DNA of 64,000 nucleotides, from positions 416,001 to 480,000 of the forward strand of contig CBDCWI010000001.1 of NCBI GenBank assembly GCA_965223325.1. Direction: 5' to 3'. The DNA is from Candidatus Multivoradales bacterium (GTDB taxonomy: Bacteria > Acidobacteriota > Thermoanaerobaculia > Multivoradales > Multivoraceae). Below the pieces are notes generated by a model. The model saw only the letters and a list, made by a program, of their open reading frames with translations, was not told where the DNA came from and ran no database searches. Both the position numbers and the translations under genes were made by a program. This document shows, in pieces, positions 30,403 through 40,840 of this stretch; the first letter of the stretch is position 1; each line of letters opens with the position of its first letter.

Positions 30403-30623
30403 GGTTGAAATCCTCAGTTCAATTTCGCTTTACTCTAGAAAAACCTGTAATAACAAGCAACGCACAGGCCCTCCTCGGCACGCAACGGAGGCCCAGTGAG
30501 ATGGTCGGGGGCGCGCGACGACAATCGAACCATTGATCATCGTTTGCCAGGCCCTGTCCCGACCGAAGGGTCACTGCCTCGGTTGGCACGTCGGGCGAAG
30601 GTCCCGATTCGGGCCGCGCTCGA

Positions 30624-31898
30624 CTAGGCCGCGCGGTTCAACAACTGGCCGACACGGAAATAGTGCAGCCCGCCCCATATGACGACCACAATCATCGCCA
30701 ACAATCCAACCCGCAGGCTGTCGTCGCCATAGGTCGGTTGCGCCAGGTCACTGATCGCTCCGACCGTCGTCGGCCCGGCACCGAGGCCGACGATGTTGAG
30801 AATGAAGAGATTGATCGCCGCGGCGACGGCGCGCATGCGGTTGGTGACCTGCGACTGAATGATCGCAAAGCCAATACCGATGTAGACACCGCCGAAGATC
30901 GCGGGCCCGGCAAACCCGATCGCCGCCCACAGAGGGCTCTCGGCGAGGTAGCAGACGGCCGCAAACGGAACGTAGATGAGAAGCGCGATGCAGATCACCC
31001 AGGCGCGCCAGCCTTCGCCACGCGGCGCGACGCGATCGGCGAGCCAACCGCCCGCAAACGTGCCGATTCCCCCACCCACCCCGATCAGAAGCGCAAGGAT
31101 CGTGCCGGCCTCGCCGCTCGAGAAGCCATGGACACGGATGAAGTAGCTCGGCACCCAGGCGATCGCCGCGTAGCCAGCAAAACTCACTAGCGTGCCGGCG
31201 ATCACCGCATGCCGCAGGATGGGAGATCGCCACATGACTTTTGCGACAGACCGAAAGGGCGGTGCCTCCTCTTCGGCCTGCCCTCCAGGAACGATGCTCC
31301 TCTGGAGGCGCGGTGGCTCACGAATGGTGAAACGCACCAGCAGCGCCAGCAACAGGCCGGGCGCCCCGGCGATAACGAACGCCCAGCGCCAGCTGAACCA
31401 CTCGTTGCCCCAACCACCGATCAAGTAGCCAAGCATGATGCCGAAGTTGACCCCGGTCGCAAAGATCGCCATTGCCGTTCCGCGCCGCTCAGGTGGGAAG
31501 AGATCCGAAATGATCGAATGCGAGGGCGGGTTCGACCCCGCCTCTCCGACACCGACGCCGATGCGCGCCGCCAGCAGGTGCCAGAAGTTACCTGCCGCGC
31601 CGCACAGCGCCGTCATGCCACTCCACAGACCAACTGAGAGCGCAATCAGGTTGCGACGGTTGCGGCGGTCTGCCCACATCGCCATCGGCATGCCAAGGGT
31701 GGCGTAGAAAAGTGCGAACGCAAACCCGGTCAGAAGACCGATCTGGGTGTCCGAGATCTGAAACGCATCTTTGATCGGCTGCGCCAGGATGGCGACGATC
31801 TGCCGGTCGACGTGACTCGAGGTGAAGACCAGAACGAGCAGCACCAACGTCCAGGTGCGCTCACGATCGGTGACCGGAGAGGCCCTGCCCGGCTCCAC
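30624..31898 (-). CDS. MFS transporter (spinster-like)
   Basis: DRQIV.IL..PIK, ADRRNRR, RIGVGVGEA and 12 TM pattern. GTG start overlaps the upstream TAG after GGAGG. Confidence 0.9.
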   Translation of the reverse strand: MEPGRASPVTDRERTWTLVLLVLVFTSSHVDRQIVAILAQPIKDAFQISDTQIGLLTGFAFALFYATLGMPMAMWADRRNRRNLIALSVGLWSGMTALCGAAGNFWHLLAARIGVGVGEAGSNPPSHSIISDLFPPERRGTAMAIFATGVNFGIMLGYLIGGWGNEWFSWRWAFVIAGAPGLLLALLVRFTIREPPRLQRSIVPGGQAEEEAPPFRSVAKVMWRSPILRHAVIAGTLVSFAGYAAIAWVPSYFIRVHGFSSGEAGTILALLIGVGGGIGTFAGGWLADRVAPRGEGWRAWVICIALLIYVPFAAVCYLAESPLWAAIGFAGPAIFGGVYIGIGFAIIQSQVTNRMRAVAAAINLFILNIVGLGAGPTTVGAISDLAQPTYGDDSLRVGLLAMIVVVIWGGLHYFRVGQLLNRAA

Positions 31899-33889
31899 TA
31901 GCCCTCCGCACGCAGCGCGAACGCGATCAACTGGGCCGGCTGCCCCGCACCGCCGGCGGCCAGCACCACGTACTGCTTGCCGTCGTGCATGTAGGTCATC
32001 GGCGTACCGTGTGGGGTCGGCTCCATCTCGACTTCCCACAGAAGCTCGCCGTTCTGTTTGTCAAAGGCCCGCAGTTGGCCTCGACTGCCTTGACGGGTCA
32101 TCGACTGCTCGTCGAGCTCCGCCTGAATGATGAAAAGGAGCGTCCTGGTCAGAACCAACCCGCCGTTCGAGAGCACCCCCTGGGAGCTGCTTCCCAGATC
32201 GGGAAGGTCGAGATCGGCGATGGCCGGGTGATCCTTGGGGCCGGGGCCATGGGGAACCTGCCAACGGTGATCACCAGAGTTCAAGTCGATCGCCGTAATC
32301 CTGCTGTACGGCGGCTTGATCAGCGGCAAGCCACGCGGGCCGGCGGCGAGACCTGGAAAGCCTGTGTAGCGAAACTTCGTGCGCGCACTGTCGGCGGGCA
32401 CAACCGCAAGACTCGAGGTCAAGGTCACCGATGGAACGTAGAGCCAACCGGTCTCTGGATCGACTGCCGCACCACGCCAATTGGCTCCGCCGGCCGCACT
32501 GGGCATCATCAAAACGCCCTTCTTACCCTCCGCACCAGCCACGATCGGCGGCGTGAAGATCGGCCCGCTCACATGTTGATCGAAGATCGCTTTCGCTTCG
32601 GCACGAAGCTCCGGCGTCCAATCGATCAGGTCGTCTTCGGTCAACCCCTGGCGATCGAAGGGAGCGGGCTTCGTTGGATGTGGCTGCGTCGGCGAAGTCT
32701 TCTCGCCCGGTACCTCAGACTGCGGGACAGGCTTCTCGGGAATCGGCCACAGAGGCTCTCCCGTCTTGCGATCGAAGACATAGGTGAAGGCCTGTTTGCT
32801 CACCTGGGCAACCGCCTTTCTCGGCTGGCCGTCGACCACCACGTCGATCAGGTTCGGCGCGGCCGGAAAGTCGTAGTCCCAGAGCCCGTGATGAACCGCC
32901 TGGAAGTGCCACTTGCGTTCACCAGTGGCGGCATCCAGGGCCACCAGACTCTCGGCGAACAGATTGTTGCCCGGTCGGTGGCCGCCGTACCAGTCGTTGG
33001 TGGGCGTGCTGACGGGAAGATAGACGTAGCCCAGCTCCTCGTCGCAGCTCATCATCGTCCAGACGTTGGTGCTGCCGGTGTCTTTCCAGGAATCGTCTTC
33101 CCAGGTGTCGTTGCCGAACTCGCCCTCTTCGGGAATCGTGCGGAAGATCCACTTCATCTTGCCGCTCAACGGGTCGTAGCCACGCACATGACCCTTCGTC
33201 CACTTCGGCCCCGAGGGACCATCACTGATGATCGAACCCAGAACGATTGTCCCGCCGCACACAACAGGTGGCGCCGAGTGCGTGAGCACAGACAACCGCG
33301 TCGGCACATCGTCGACCATCGAGGTGTCGACCTGACCGTTGTCGCCGAAGGCGGGATCGGGCTTGCCAGTGGCCAGGTCGAGTGAGATCAACTTGCGATG
33401 ATGCGAGGCGTAGATCAGACGCCTCGTCTCACCGTTCTCGAAGTACTCGAGGCCACGATGTTGAAAGCCCGCGTTGGCCGGTCGCCCGGCCTTGTAGCTC
33501 TCGGGGTCGTAGACCCACAGCGTCTCACCGGTCACGGCATCGATTGCTGCAACCTGCGAGTAGCCTGTGGTCACGTAGAGAACGCCGTCGATCTCGAGCG
33601 GCGTGGCTTTGAACGCTCCCGGCGGACGGATGGCTTGGATTCCCTCATCGACCGAGTCCCAGCGCCAGACCTCCTCGAGGCGGTCGAGGTTCGAAGCGTT
33701 GATCTGGTCGAGGGGTGAGTACTTGGTCGAGCCGCGATCACCGGCGTAGTGGCGCCAGTCGCCGTCTTCGGCTCCCTGCTGCGCAACGACGGGGACAGAG
33801 ACGGCGACTGCGAGCACCGAGATGGCCAACAGGGCGAGGCTTCTGGTGGAGACGGCGAGGGTGGATGCGAAGCGGCAGCAACGTGGCAC
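31898..33889 (-). CDS. Periplasmic PQQ-dependent glucose/quinate-type dehydrogenase
   Basis: KYSPLDQIN, WHFQAVHHGLWDYD, GGANW.G.A.DP and PMTY..DGKQYV motifs. Confidence 0.9.
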   Translation of the reverse strand: MPRCCRFASTLAVSTRSLALLAISVLAVAVSVPVVAQQGAEDGDWRHYAGDRGSTKYSPLDQINASNLDRLEEVWRWDSVDEGIQAIRPPGAFKATPLEIDGVLYVTTGYSQVAAIDAVTGETLWVYDPESYKAGRPANAGFQHRGLEYFENGETRRLIYASHHRKLISLDLATGKPDPAFGDNGQVDTSMVDDVPTRLSVLTHSAPPVVCGGTIVLGSIISDGPSGPKWTKGHVRGYDPLSGKMKWIFRTIPEEGEFGNDTWEDDSWKDTGSTNVWTMMSCDEELGYVYLPVSTPTNDWYGGHRPGNNLFAESLVALDAATGERKWHFQAVHHGLWDYDFPAAPNLIDVVVDGQPRKAVAQVSKQAFTYVFDRKTGEPLWPIPEKPVPQSEVPGEKTSPTQPHPTKPAPFDRQGLTEDDLIDWTPELRAEAKAIFDQHVSGPIFTPPIVAGAEGKKGVLMMPSAAGGANWRGAAVDPETGWLYVPSVTLTSSLAVVPADSARTKFRYTGFPGLAAGPRGLPLIKPPYSRITAIDLNSGDHRWQVPHGPGPKDHPAIADLDLPDLGSSSQGVLSNGGLVLTRTLLFIIQAELDEQSMTRQGSRGQLRAFDKQNGELLWEVEMEPTPHGTPMTYMHDGKQYVVLAAGGAGQPAQLIAFALRAEG

Positions 33890-33981
33890 GGCGGTACTCC
33901 TCTGATCTGGGGGGTGGGCTTTCGCACTATAGCTGCGCGTGCTGCCCGAAGCCGCGACCGTCGGAGCGGTACTCTTCCGTC

Positions 33982-35529
33982 GTGTTCGACACCATTCGCC
34001 GGAGAGCCCAACGACTTCGAGCCAGTGAATCTGCCTGGTTCCTCGACGCCGCCCTCATGCTGGTTGTCTACGTCGCCTTCGACCGCCTCCTGCGCACTGC
34101 ATCGAGACTCCCCGAAAGTGACTACCTGGCGAAGAGTTACCTACCTGGGTTGGCCGCTTCTTACCTCCGCGCTGACGCTCTGATTCTCCTGGCCATCGTC
34201 GGTCTTCTCGTCTGGAAGGTCCCCAGACGACTCGGCTGGTCCGAGATCGGCAGGGGGCTGCGAGGAGTCGCCCTGGTCGCAACGATCGTCATGGTCTGGG
34301 CCGCCGCCTTCTACGCACCAAACGAGTACCTCCAACAAGCCCACATCTGGGAGCGCGTCCTGCTCGTCGCTCTCGCTGCCCTCTCGGTCTGGCGACCGCT
34401 CTTCCTGTTGCCGCTTCTGGCGCTCATGCACACCGCGATGTGGCAGTTCGACGTACCGATCCCCGGTTACTCGTGGACGGACAAGCTGCTGCCGGTTCGC
34501 CTCCTCGGCGTGCTCGCAGCGGCAGCCGTCGTACGACCCCTGCGGAAGAGACCCGCGATCGACGTCGTTCCGTGGTTCGTGCTCGCCATCTTCGGGGCGC
34601 ACTACTGGTTTCCGGGCTGGAAGAAGGCGTCGATCGGCTGGCTCGAGCACAGCCAGGTCGGCCAGATCGCCTGGGCTGCGACCGAAAACGGTTGGAGTTC
34701 CTGGGTCACCGAGAACGCGCTCGATGTCGTCACCGCTCTTCAACCAGTCTTGATGGTGTCGGTGCTGTTGCTCGAGTTGGCAGCCTGTGTCGTGGGGGTT
34801 CACCGCCGCGTTGCGACCCTGCTCTCGCTCGGCTGGGTCTTGATGCATCTTTCGATCTTCGCGATGACCGGAATCTTCTTCTGGAAATGGATCGCGGTCA
34901 ACATCGCCTTCGTCGTCTGGCTACGACGCGCCGACCTCGGGCCCCTCGAGCAACGCCTGCCGGCGGTTCTGGTTCTGGTTCTCGCAGCACCCCTCTGGTG
35001 CCAGCCGCCGATCCTCGCCTGGTACAACACACGGGTCAACGAACGATACGAATTCGTTGGCGTCGGCGAAACGGCAACCGGTGAGTCCAGATGTGTGCTC
35101 ACGCCTCCCTTCTTCGCACCGTACGACATTGCCTTCAGCCAGCATCGCTTCGGCTTTCTGCTCGAGACTCCCCAACTCGTCCGCACCTACAGCTCGACAA
35201 CCCATCGCGAGCTCGCCGACGCACTGAACGCCGCGACCGCCGAAACCGACCTCGACCAGCTGGCCCAGGAACTGGGCAGAAAGCGCTGGAACCCGAAACG
35301 GCGCGAGGCGTTCGAGCGTTTCCTGACCCGTTTCGTTCCCGCCCGTGCGGCCGCCGTCGCCACCGGCTCACCATTCTGGCGGCCACCCATGCACATCCTC
35401 AGCCGACCGCTGACCGCGTGCAGCAAGCGAGCCGAGTTCGAAGCGGTCGAGGTGTTCTGGCACCGAACCCTCGATGGCGCGCCCCCGGAGCACGGCGAGC
35501 AGCGGCTGGTCCTGAGAGCAGAACTCTAG
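33982..35529 (+). CDS. Polytopic membrane protein (HTTM-like)
   Basis: Many TM helices; HYWFPGWKK, LLLELAA and MHLSIFAMTGIFFWKW motifs. GTG 33982 is preceded by TACTCT. Confidence 0.6.
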   Translation: MFDTIRRRAQRLRASESAWFLDAALMLVVYVAFDRLLRTASRLPESDYLAKSYLPGLAASYLRADALILLAIVGLLVWKVPRRLGWSEIGRGLRGVALVATIVMVWAAAFYAPNEYLQQAHIWERVLLVALAALSVWRPLFLLPLLALMHTAMWQFDVPIPGYSWTDKLLPVRLLGVLAAAAVVRPLRKRPAIDVVPWFVLAIFGAHYWFPGWKKASIGWLEHSQVGQIAWAATENGWSSWVTENALDVVTALQPVLMVSVLLLELAACVVGVHRRVATLLSLGWVLMHLSIFAMTGIFFWKWIAVNIAFVVWLRRADLGPLEQRLPAVLVLVLAAPLWCQPPILAWYNTRVNERYEFVGVGETATGESRCVLTPPFFAPYDIAFSQHRFGFLLETPQLVRTYSSTTHRELADALNAATAETDLDQLAQELGRKRWNPKRREAFERFLTRFVPARAAAVATGSPFWRPPMHILSRPLTACSKRAEFEAVEVFWHRTLDGAPPEHGEQRLVLRAEL

Positions 35530-35654
35530 CGCGGGCCGCGCTCGTCTGCGCGTTCGCCGGCCGGAGGACGTGCGGGCCGCCGTCTTTGGAGTCGCTCTGG
35601 CGAACGTGGGCGAGCCAATTCGCGCTTCCAGGGATCTCCGAACCGCTCGTCTAC

Positions 35655-36111
35655 ATGAACCGTGAGAGTGAACACGATCACCTCGCGAAGTGGAGTCCGT
35701 TCGCCTTCGCACACCAGCGCCGCGTCCTCGAGACGTTCCGGGAATGGGCGGGCTCCGAGGACCTGCCGATTCCCGGTCGCCACCATCGCCAGGCATGGGC
35801 CAATCAACTCCTGAGGGAGCATGCTGCTTCGGCCTGGCGGCTCCCTGATGGTGACGACACCCTTTCTCATTCGGATTCACGCCCAGCCCCATGACTGCAG
35901 TCGCTGGACCGAAGTGGGAATGAGGCAGCTTGTTCTCGGCGCTGGCTTCGCCGACGACAACGTGGAGACCGGCAGCTGGGGCAACCGCGCCTGCGTCATC
36001 GCGCACCTCGAGGACTGGGTCCGGTACAAGCCGCTCCCCCACTCGCTCGAGAGTGACCCCAGGTTCCCGATCGTCGTCTGGGCGTTCGCCAGAGAACCCG
36101 AGACCGACTGA
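35655..36111 (+). pseudogene. Truncated class I SAM-dependent methyltransferase (C-terminal half only)
   Basis: LRPGG.L.VTTPFL.R.H..P.DC.RWT..G and SWGNRAC at 35821-36111. An in-frame TGA lies just upstream, and no intact SAM-binding motif I is present. Confidence 0.65.
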
Positions 36112-36150
36112 CGAGGTGCCTCCGAGGCACCACCGCTACCTTACTGCCAC

Positions 36151-37995
36151 CTACTGCGTCGCACTCGAAAAGAGAGCGACAGGGTCGAAAACGGCGCGCC
36201 CGCCGACGACGGTCAGGACAACGTCGGCGTCGAGCAGTTCGGCGACGCGCTCTGCGCCGAGCTCGAGGATGTTGCGGTCGAGCACTGCGAAGTCGGCGAG
36301 CTTGCCGACCTCGATCGTGCCTTTCTGATCGTCTTCGAAGTTGGCGTAGCTCGAGCCCCAGGTGTATGCACGGAGCGCGGTTTCTGTGTCGATGCGCTGC
36401 TCGGGGAACCATCCACCTTCGGGGGTGCCGCTGGTCGTCTGGCGTGAAACCGCCGCGTAGATTCCGAGCAGGGGATCGATCGGATACTCCGCCGCTCCGG
36501 TACCCGGCCAATCCGAACCGAACGACAAGACGGCGCCGGCGTCTTCGATCTGGGCGAAAGCGTAGGCGCCGTAGCACCTGCCGTGGCCGATGCGCTCTTC
36601 CATCCAGCGCATGTCGTCGGAGAGATGAAACGGCTGCACCTCGGCCACCACCCCGAGTCGGGCCAGGCGCTCGAAGTCGTCCTTGGCGATCACCTGCGCG
36701 TGAACGAGGCGGAAGCGGCGATCCTTCTTGCCGTTCTGGCGCTCGAGCTCTTCCAGGTAGTCGAGCAACAGGGAGTTTGCCTCGTCGCCGATCGCATGAA
36801 TCGACAGCTGCAGCCCCGCCTTGTCGGCATCGAGCATGTACTGGAGGAACTGGCCCTCGACGAAGTTCCCCGCGTCGTCGACCATCAGCCGTCGCCAGGC
36901 GCCGCGGTTCGAGGGATCGTGATCGTAGGGTTCGAAGAAGCGAGCCGTGGAGTTTCCCATGATGCCGTCGATGTGCCCCTTGAGCGAACCGAGGCGAATC
37001 CAGGGGTCACCCGAGCCAATCTCGATGCCCTGCTCCGCAAGCTCCGCCCAGCGATCGAGTGGATAGCGTAAGTGGATGCGCGTCGTCAGTTCGCCGCGCT
37101 CGTGGAGCTGCCGATAGATGTCGAGCTGGGTGTCGTCGGACATGTCGCTGACATTGGTGACCCCGCGCCGGGCGACTTCTCGGAGGGCGTTGCGGGTCTG
37201 CCGAAGGCGGCGCTTCGCCGACGGCTCGGGTACCGAGCCACGAAAGAGCTCGGGGACTCGCTCGCCGGTGAGAATCCCGGTGAAGCCCTGGTCATCGCGC
37301 ACTGCATCGACGCCCTGGGGCAGCCTCTCGAGCTCGACCCCAGAAAGCTCGAGAGCGCGCTCGTTGACGGCGAACTCTGTGTTGTCGAAGCGCTGGAGGA
37401 AGATCGGGTGATCACCGGCATGTGAAGCCGCCCGGCGCATGTTCGGCACGAACGGTTCGCGTGCCCCGCCTGAGGCATCCGCCCCTTGCTGCCATTGGTC
37501 GTATGCACCCCACAGCCCGCCGGTGATCCACTCGCCACTGTCAAGGCGCGAGACGACGTCGTCGAGGCGTGCGAGGAACTCGTCCTCTGTGCCAACCGTC
37601 ATGATGTTGAACTCGAGAAAGCGCGCCGCCGAAGCGAAATGCACGTGGTTGTCACTGAAGCCCGGCACGAGGAGGGAGTCCGCCGGCAGCTCCACCAGCA
37701 GCGGTTCGGCACCTGACGCCTGGCGGGTCTCGAGGACCACTCTGTCGTGGTCGCCAACGGCGACGATCTCTTCGCCGAGGAAGCCCACCGCCGCCGCGTG
37801 TGGCTGAGAGCTGTTGCCGGTCCAGATGTCGCCCCTTACAACAACTGCAGGGGAAGACTCCGGCTGTCGAGGGTCGGGTTGCGGCGGTTCGCTCTCGGCA
37901 CAACCGGCGAGTACAGTCGCCGCCGCGACAAGAAGGACCGCACCGAGGGGTCTCATGAGGCGCGCAGATCGGTTGTTGGAACGCTCCTTTGCCAT
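36151..37995 (-). CDS. Amidohydrolase-3 (YtcJ-like) lipoprotein
   Basis: PGFSDNHVH, KGHIDG, HAIGD, RLVHAQ, FGSDWP and GTIEVGKLADF motifs; LAGC lipobox; GGAGG RBS. Confidence 0.9.
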   Translation of the reverse strand: MAKERSNNRSARLMRPLGAVLLVAAATVLAGCAESEPPQPDPRQPESSPAVVVRGDIWTGNSSQPHAAAVGFLGEEIVAVGDHDRVVLETRQASGAEPLLVELPADSLLVPGFSDNHVHFASAARFLEFNIMTVGTEDEFLARLDDVVSRLDSGEWITGGLWGAYDQWQQGADASGGAREPFVPNMRRAASHAGDHPIFLQRFDNTEFAVNERALELSGVELERLPQGVDAVRDDQGFTGILTGERVPELFRGSVPEPSAKRRLRQTRNALREVARRGVTNVSDMSDDTQLDIYRQLHERGELTTRIHLRYPLDRWAELAEQGIEIGSGDPWIRLGSLKGHIDGIMGNSTARFFEPYDHDPSNRGAWRRLMVDDAGNFVEGQFLQYMLDADKAGLQLSIHAIGDEANSLLLDYLEELERQNGKKDRRFRLVHAQVIAKDDFERLARLGVVAEVQPFHLSDDMRWMEERIGHGRCYGAYAFAQIEDAGAVLSFGSDWPGTGAAEYPIDPLLGIYAAVSRQTTSGTPEGGWFPEQRIDTETALRAYTWGSSYANFEDDQKGTIEVGKLADFAVLDRNILELGAERVAELLDADVVLTVVGGRAVFDPVALFSSATQ

Positions 37996-38209
37996 CGCTC
38001 TTCTCCTCCCGTCCGCGGCCAGCGAACCGGCTGACTGCCACACGGTCTGCTTCGTTTCGAGTCCTGGCAGAGTACCGCTCTCTCCACAGTCGCCCTTCGA
38101 ACCCTCTGAACCCTCTGAACGGGGCCTACCACCTGGAGCGGTACACTCCCTGCGCATATTCTGCCCAGAGTCCTGAAACTGGTTCCCCTTAGACAACGCG
38201 GAGGTCTCC

Positions 38210-39520
38210 ATGCGTCGCTTGAACCTTCTCCTCCTGGTCGCATCGCTCCTGCTCTCGGTCGGCGCCCTGGGCGCGTCAGAACCCGCCGTCAAAGACGCGG
38301 GCGTCGCCGCCCTGCCGACCGCCAATCCCACGACGCTCGGTCTCTCGCCGGAACGCCTCGAGAGAATCGATCGAGTGATGCAGAAAAACGTCGACGAGGG
38401 ACACATGGCGGGTGCCATCGGTCTCATCGCGCGGCGCGGCAAGGTGGGCTACCTCTCGACCTGGGGCTACGCCGATCGCGAACAGAAAAAGGAAATGACT
38501 CCTGACGCGTTGTTTCGCATGTATTCGATGACCAAGGCGGTGACTGGAGTCGCCGTCATGATGCTGCACGAGGAGCAGGGTTGGTCGCTGCGCACGCCGG
38601 CCAAGCATTGGATCCCCGAGCTCGGCGACCTCGAGGTCGTCGTCTATGACACCGACCCCGCGACCGGAGCCCCCCGCCATCGTCTCGAACCAGCCCGCCG
38701 CGACATCACGGTTCGCGACCTGCTCACCCACACCTCGGGCATCAGCTACGCCGGGCCCCGTGACGCAGAGGGAAACTTCTACTACCGTCAAGCCGCCGAC
38801 CGGAGCAATCCCGACTTCAGCATTGGCGATCTGGCGCGCGGGCTCGGCAAGGCGCCGCTCCACAATCACCCGGGCGAAGTGTGGCAGTACGGTTTGAGCC
38901 AGGACGTCCTCGCCGCTTTGGTCGAGGTCATGTCGGGCCAGACCTACGACGTGTTCCTCGAAGAGCGCATCTTCGCGCCCCTCGGCATGATCGATACGGC
39001 GCATTGGGTGCCCGAGTCGAAGCACGATCGCTTGACGACTCTCTACACCCCCGCCGAAGACCGACAGGTCAAGCGGTCAGCGGCCCCCGCCCAGGACTCC
39101 TACAAGAAGAAGCCCAGCATGCTGGGTGGCGGCTCGGGACTCGTGTCGACCGTCGGCGACTATCTGCGCTTCTGCCAGATGCTGCTCAACGACGGTGAGC
39201 TCGACGGAACACGGCTCCTCAGTCGAAAGTCGGTCGAGTTGATGCGCGCCGATCACATCGGTGACCTGCCGCGCGTCGGTGGCCTGATCGGCCCGAACGA
39301 TGGCTTCGGCCTCACCTTCCGCGTTGTGCGTGAGCCCGGCCTCTCTGGTGCTCTCGGGTCACCCGGCGAGTACAGCTGGGGTGGTGCCGCCGGTACACGC
39401 TTCTGGATCGATCCGAAAGAGGAACTGATCGGTCTCTTTATGGTCCAGATCCTGCCGCACACCAACCTGCAGTTCGGAACCGAGTTCAAGAACCTGGTCT
39501 ACCAGGCGATCGTCGACTGA
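38210..39520 (+). CDS. Secreted serine hydrolase, beta-lactamase family (EstB-like)
   Basis: FRMYSMTK (SxxK), LLTHTSG, WQYG and YSWGGAAGT motifs. Confidence 0.92.
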   Translation: MRRLNLLLLVASLLLSVGALGASEPAVKDAGVAALPTANPTTLGLSPERLERIDRVMQKNVDEGHMAGAIGLIARRGKVGYLSTWGYADREQKKEMTPDALFRMYSMTKAVTGVAVMMLHEEQGWSLRTPAKHWIPELGDLEVVVYDTDPATGAPRHRLEPARRDITVRDLLTHTSGISYAGPRDAEGNFYYRQAADRSNPDFSIGDLARGLGKAPLHNHPGEVWQYGLSQDVLAALVEVMSGQTYDVFLEERIFAPLGMIDTAHWVPESKHDRLTTLYTPAEDRQVKRSAAPAQDSYKKKPSMLGGGSGLVSTVGDYLRFCQMLLNDGELDGTRLLSRKSVELMRADHIGDLPRVGGLIGPNDGFGLTFRVVREPGLSGALGSPGEYSWGGAAGTRFWIDPKEELIGLFMVQILPHTNLQFGTEFKNLVYQAIVD

Positions 39521-39653
39521 CGAGTGGCTCGAACTCGGCTGCCTAGGATCCCAAACCCAGGCTTGGGTTGGCTTCGTCGAACGAGTTGAAAAGCAGCCGG
39601 CGGCGCCGGCGCGATGCCGTCGAAACTAACATGTGCGGTGATACCGTGCGCTG

Positions 39654-40805
39654 GTGACTTCGAGAAAGCTGCGCATGGGCATGGTCGGCGGCGGCCGCGA
39701 TGCCTTCATTGGTGCTGTTCATCGCATGGCCGCCGGGCTCGATGGCTTGATCGAGTTCTCGGCGGGAGCGCTGTCGGGCGATCAGGAGAAGGCCCGCGCA
39801 TCGGGACGTGACCTTTTGCTCGCCGAAGACCGCGCCTATGGCAGTTGGCAGGAGATGTTCGAGCGCGAGCGCGAACGCGATGACCGAATCGACTTTGTTG
39901 CCATCGTGACGCCGAACTTTCTGCATCACCCGGTGGCGATAGCGGCGCTTGATCTGGGCTTCGACGTGATCTGCGACAAGCCGATGACTCTCGATGTCCA
40001 GGAAGCCGAGGAGCTGGTGGCGAAGGTCGAGGAGACCGGGCGTACCTTCGCGCTCACGCACAACTACACCGGCTACCCGATGGTTAAAGAAGCGCGTGAG
40101 CGTGTCGCGCGCGGCGACCTGGGAGAAGTCCGGCGGGTGGTCGTTGAGTACCCGCAGGGTTGGCTGGCGACGCGCCTCGAAGACGACGGGCAGAAGCAAG
40201 CCGACTGGCGCACCGACCCGGCACGCGCCGGGGCGAGCTGTTGCATGGGAGACATCGGCACGCACTGCGAAAACCTCGCCGAGTACGTCACCGGGATAGA
40301 GATCGCCGAGGTCTGTGCGGACCTTCATACCTTCGTTGGTGGGCGGCCGCTCGATGACGATGGTTCGGTGCTCCTACGGTTCGAGAACGGGGCGCGCGGC
40401 GTTCTCTGGGCGTCGCAGATCGCGGTCGACGAGGAGAACGCTCTGTCGCTGCGGGTCTACGGCACCAGCGGTGGCCTCGGCTGGCGGCAGGAAGAGCCCA
40501 ACACCCTGGTCATCAACCATCTCGACCGTGCGCGAGAGATCATCCGCACCGGTACCGGCGGCGCCGGCGAAGCGGCCGCTCGCGCAACCCGCCTTCCGGC
40601 GGGTCACCCCGAAGGCTTCATCGAAGCGTTCGCCAACCTCTACCGCAACTTCGCAAGGACCCTACTGGCCCGCCAGGCCGGCCGCCAACCCAACCCTGCC
40701 GATCTCGATTTTCCTGGCGTTCATGACGGCCTGCGCGGGATGCGCTTTATCGAAGCGGTCGTGCGCTCGTCTGCTGAGAATGCCGCCTGGACCCCGCTCC
40801 GCTGA
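39654..40805 (+). CDS. Gfo/Idh/MocA family oxidoreductase
   Basis: [33 protein letters not shown] and GHPEG motifs. Confidence 0.92.
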   Translation: MTSRKLRMGMVGGGRDAFIGAVHRMAAGLDGLIEFSAGALSGDQEKARASGRDLLLAEDRAYGSWQEMFERERERDDRIDFVAIVTPNFLHHPVAIAALDLGFDVICDKPMTLDVQEAEELVAKVEETGRTFALTHNYTGYPMVKEARERVARGDLGEVRRVVVEYPQGWLATRLEDDGQKQADWRTDPARAGASCCMGDIGTHCENLAEYVTGIEIAEVCADLHTFVGGRPLDDDGSVLLRFENGARGVLWASQIAVDEENALSLRVYGTSGGLGWRQEEPNTLVINHLDRAREIIRTGTGGAGEAAARATRLPAGHPEGFIEAFANLYRNFARTLLARQAGRQPNPADLDFPGVHDGLRGMRFIEAVVRSSAENAAWTPLR

Positions 40806-40840
40806 CCTTCGACACCAATCGAATTGAGGGACACAACAGA

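Noticed and set aside
38210-39520. Antibiotic-resistance calls for the beta-lactamase-fold gene and the APH-like kinase (6919-8025)
   Set aside because: The motifs (WGG box, LLTHTSG; EcKL-type kinase) fit general esterase and small-molecule kinase families, not established resistance enzymes.
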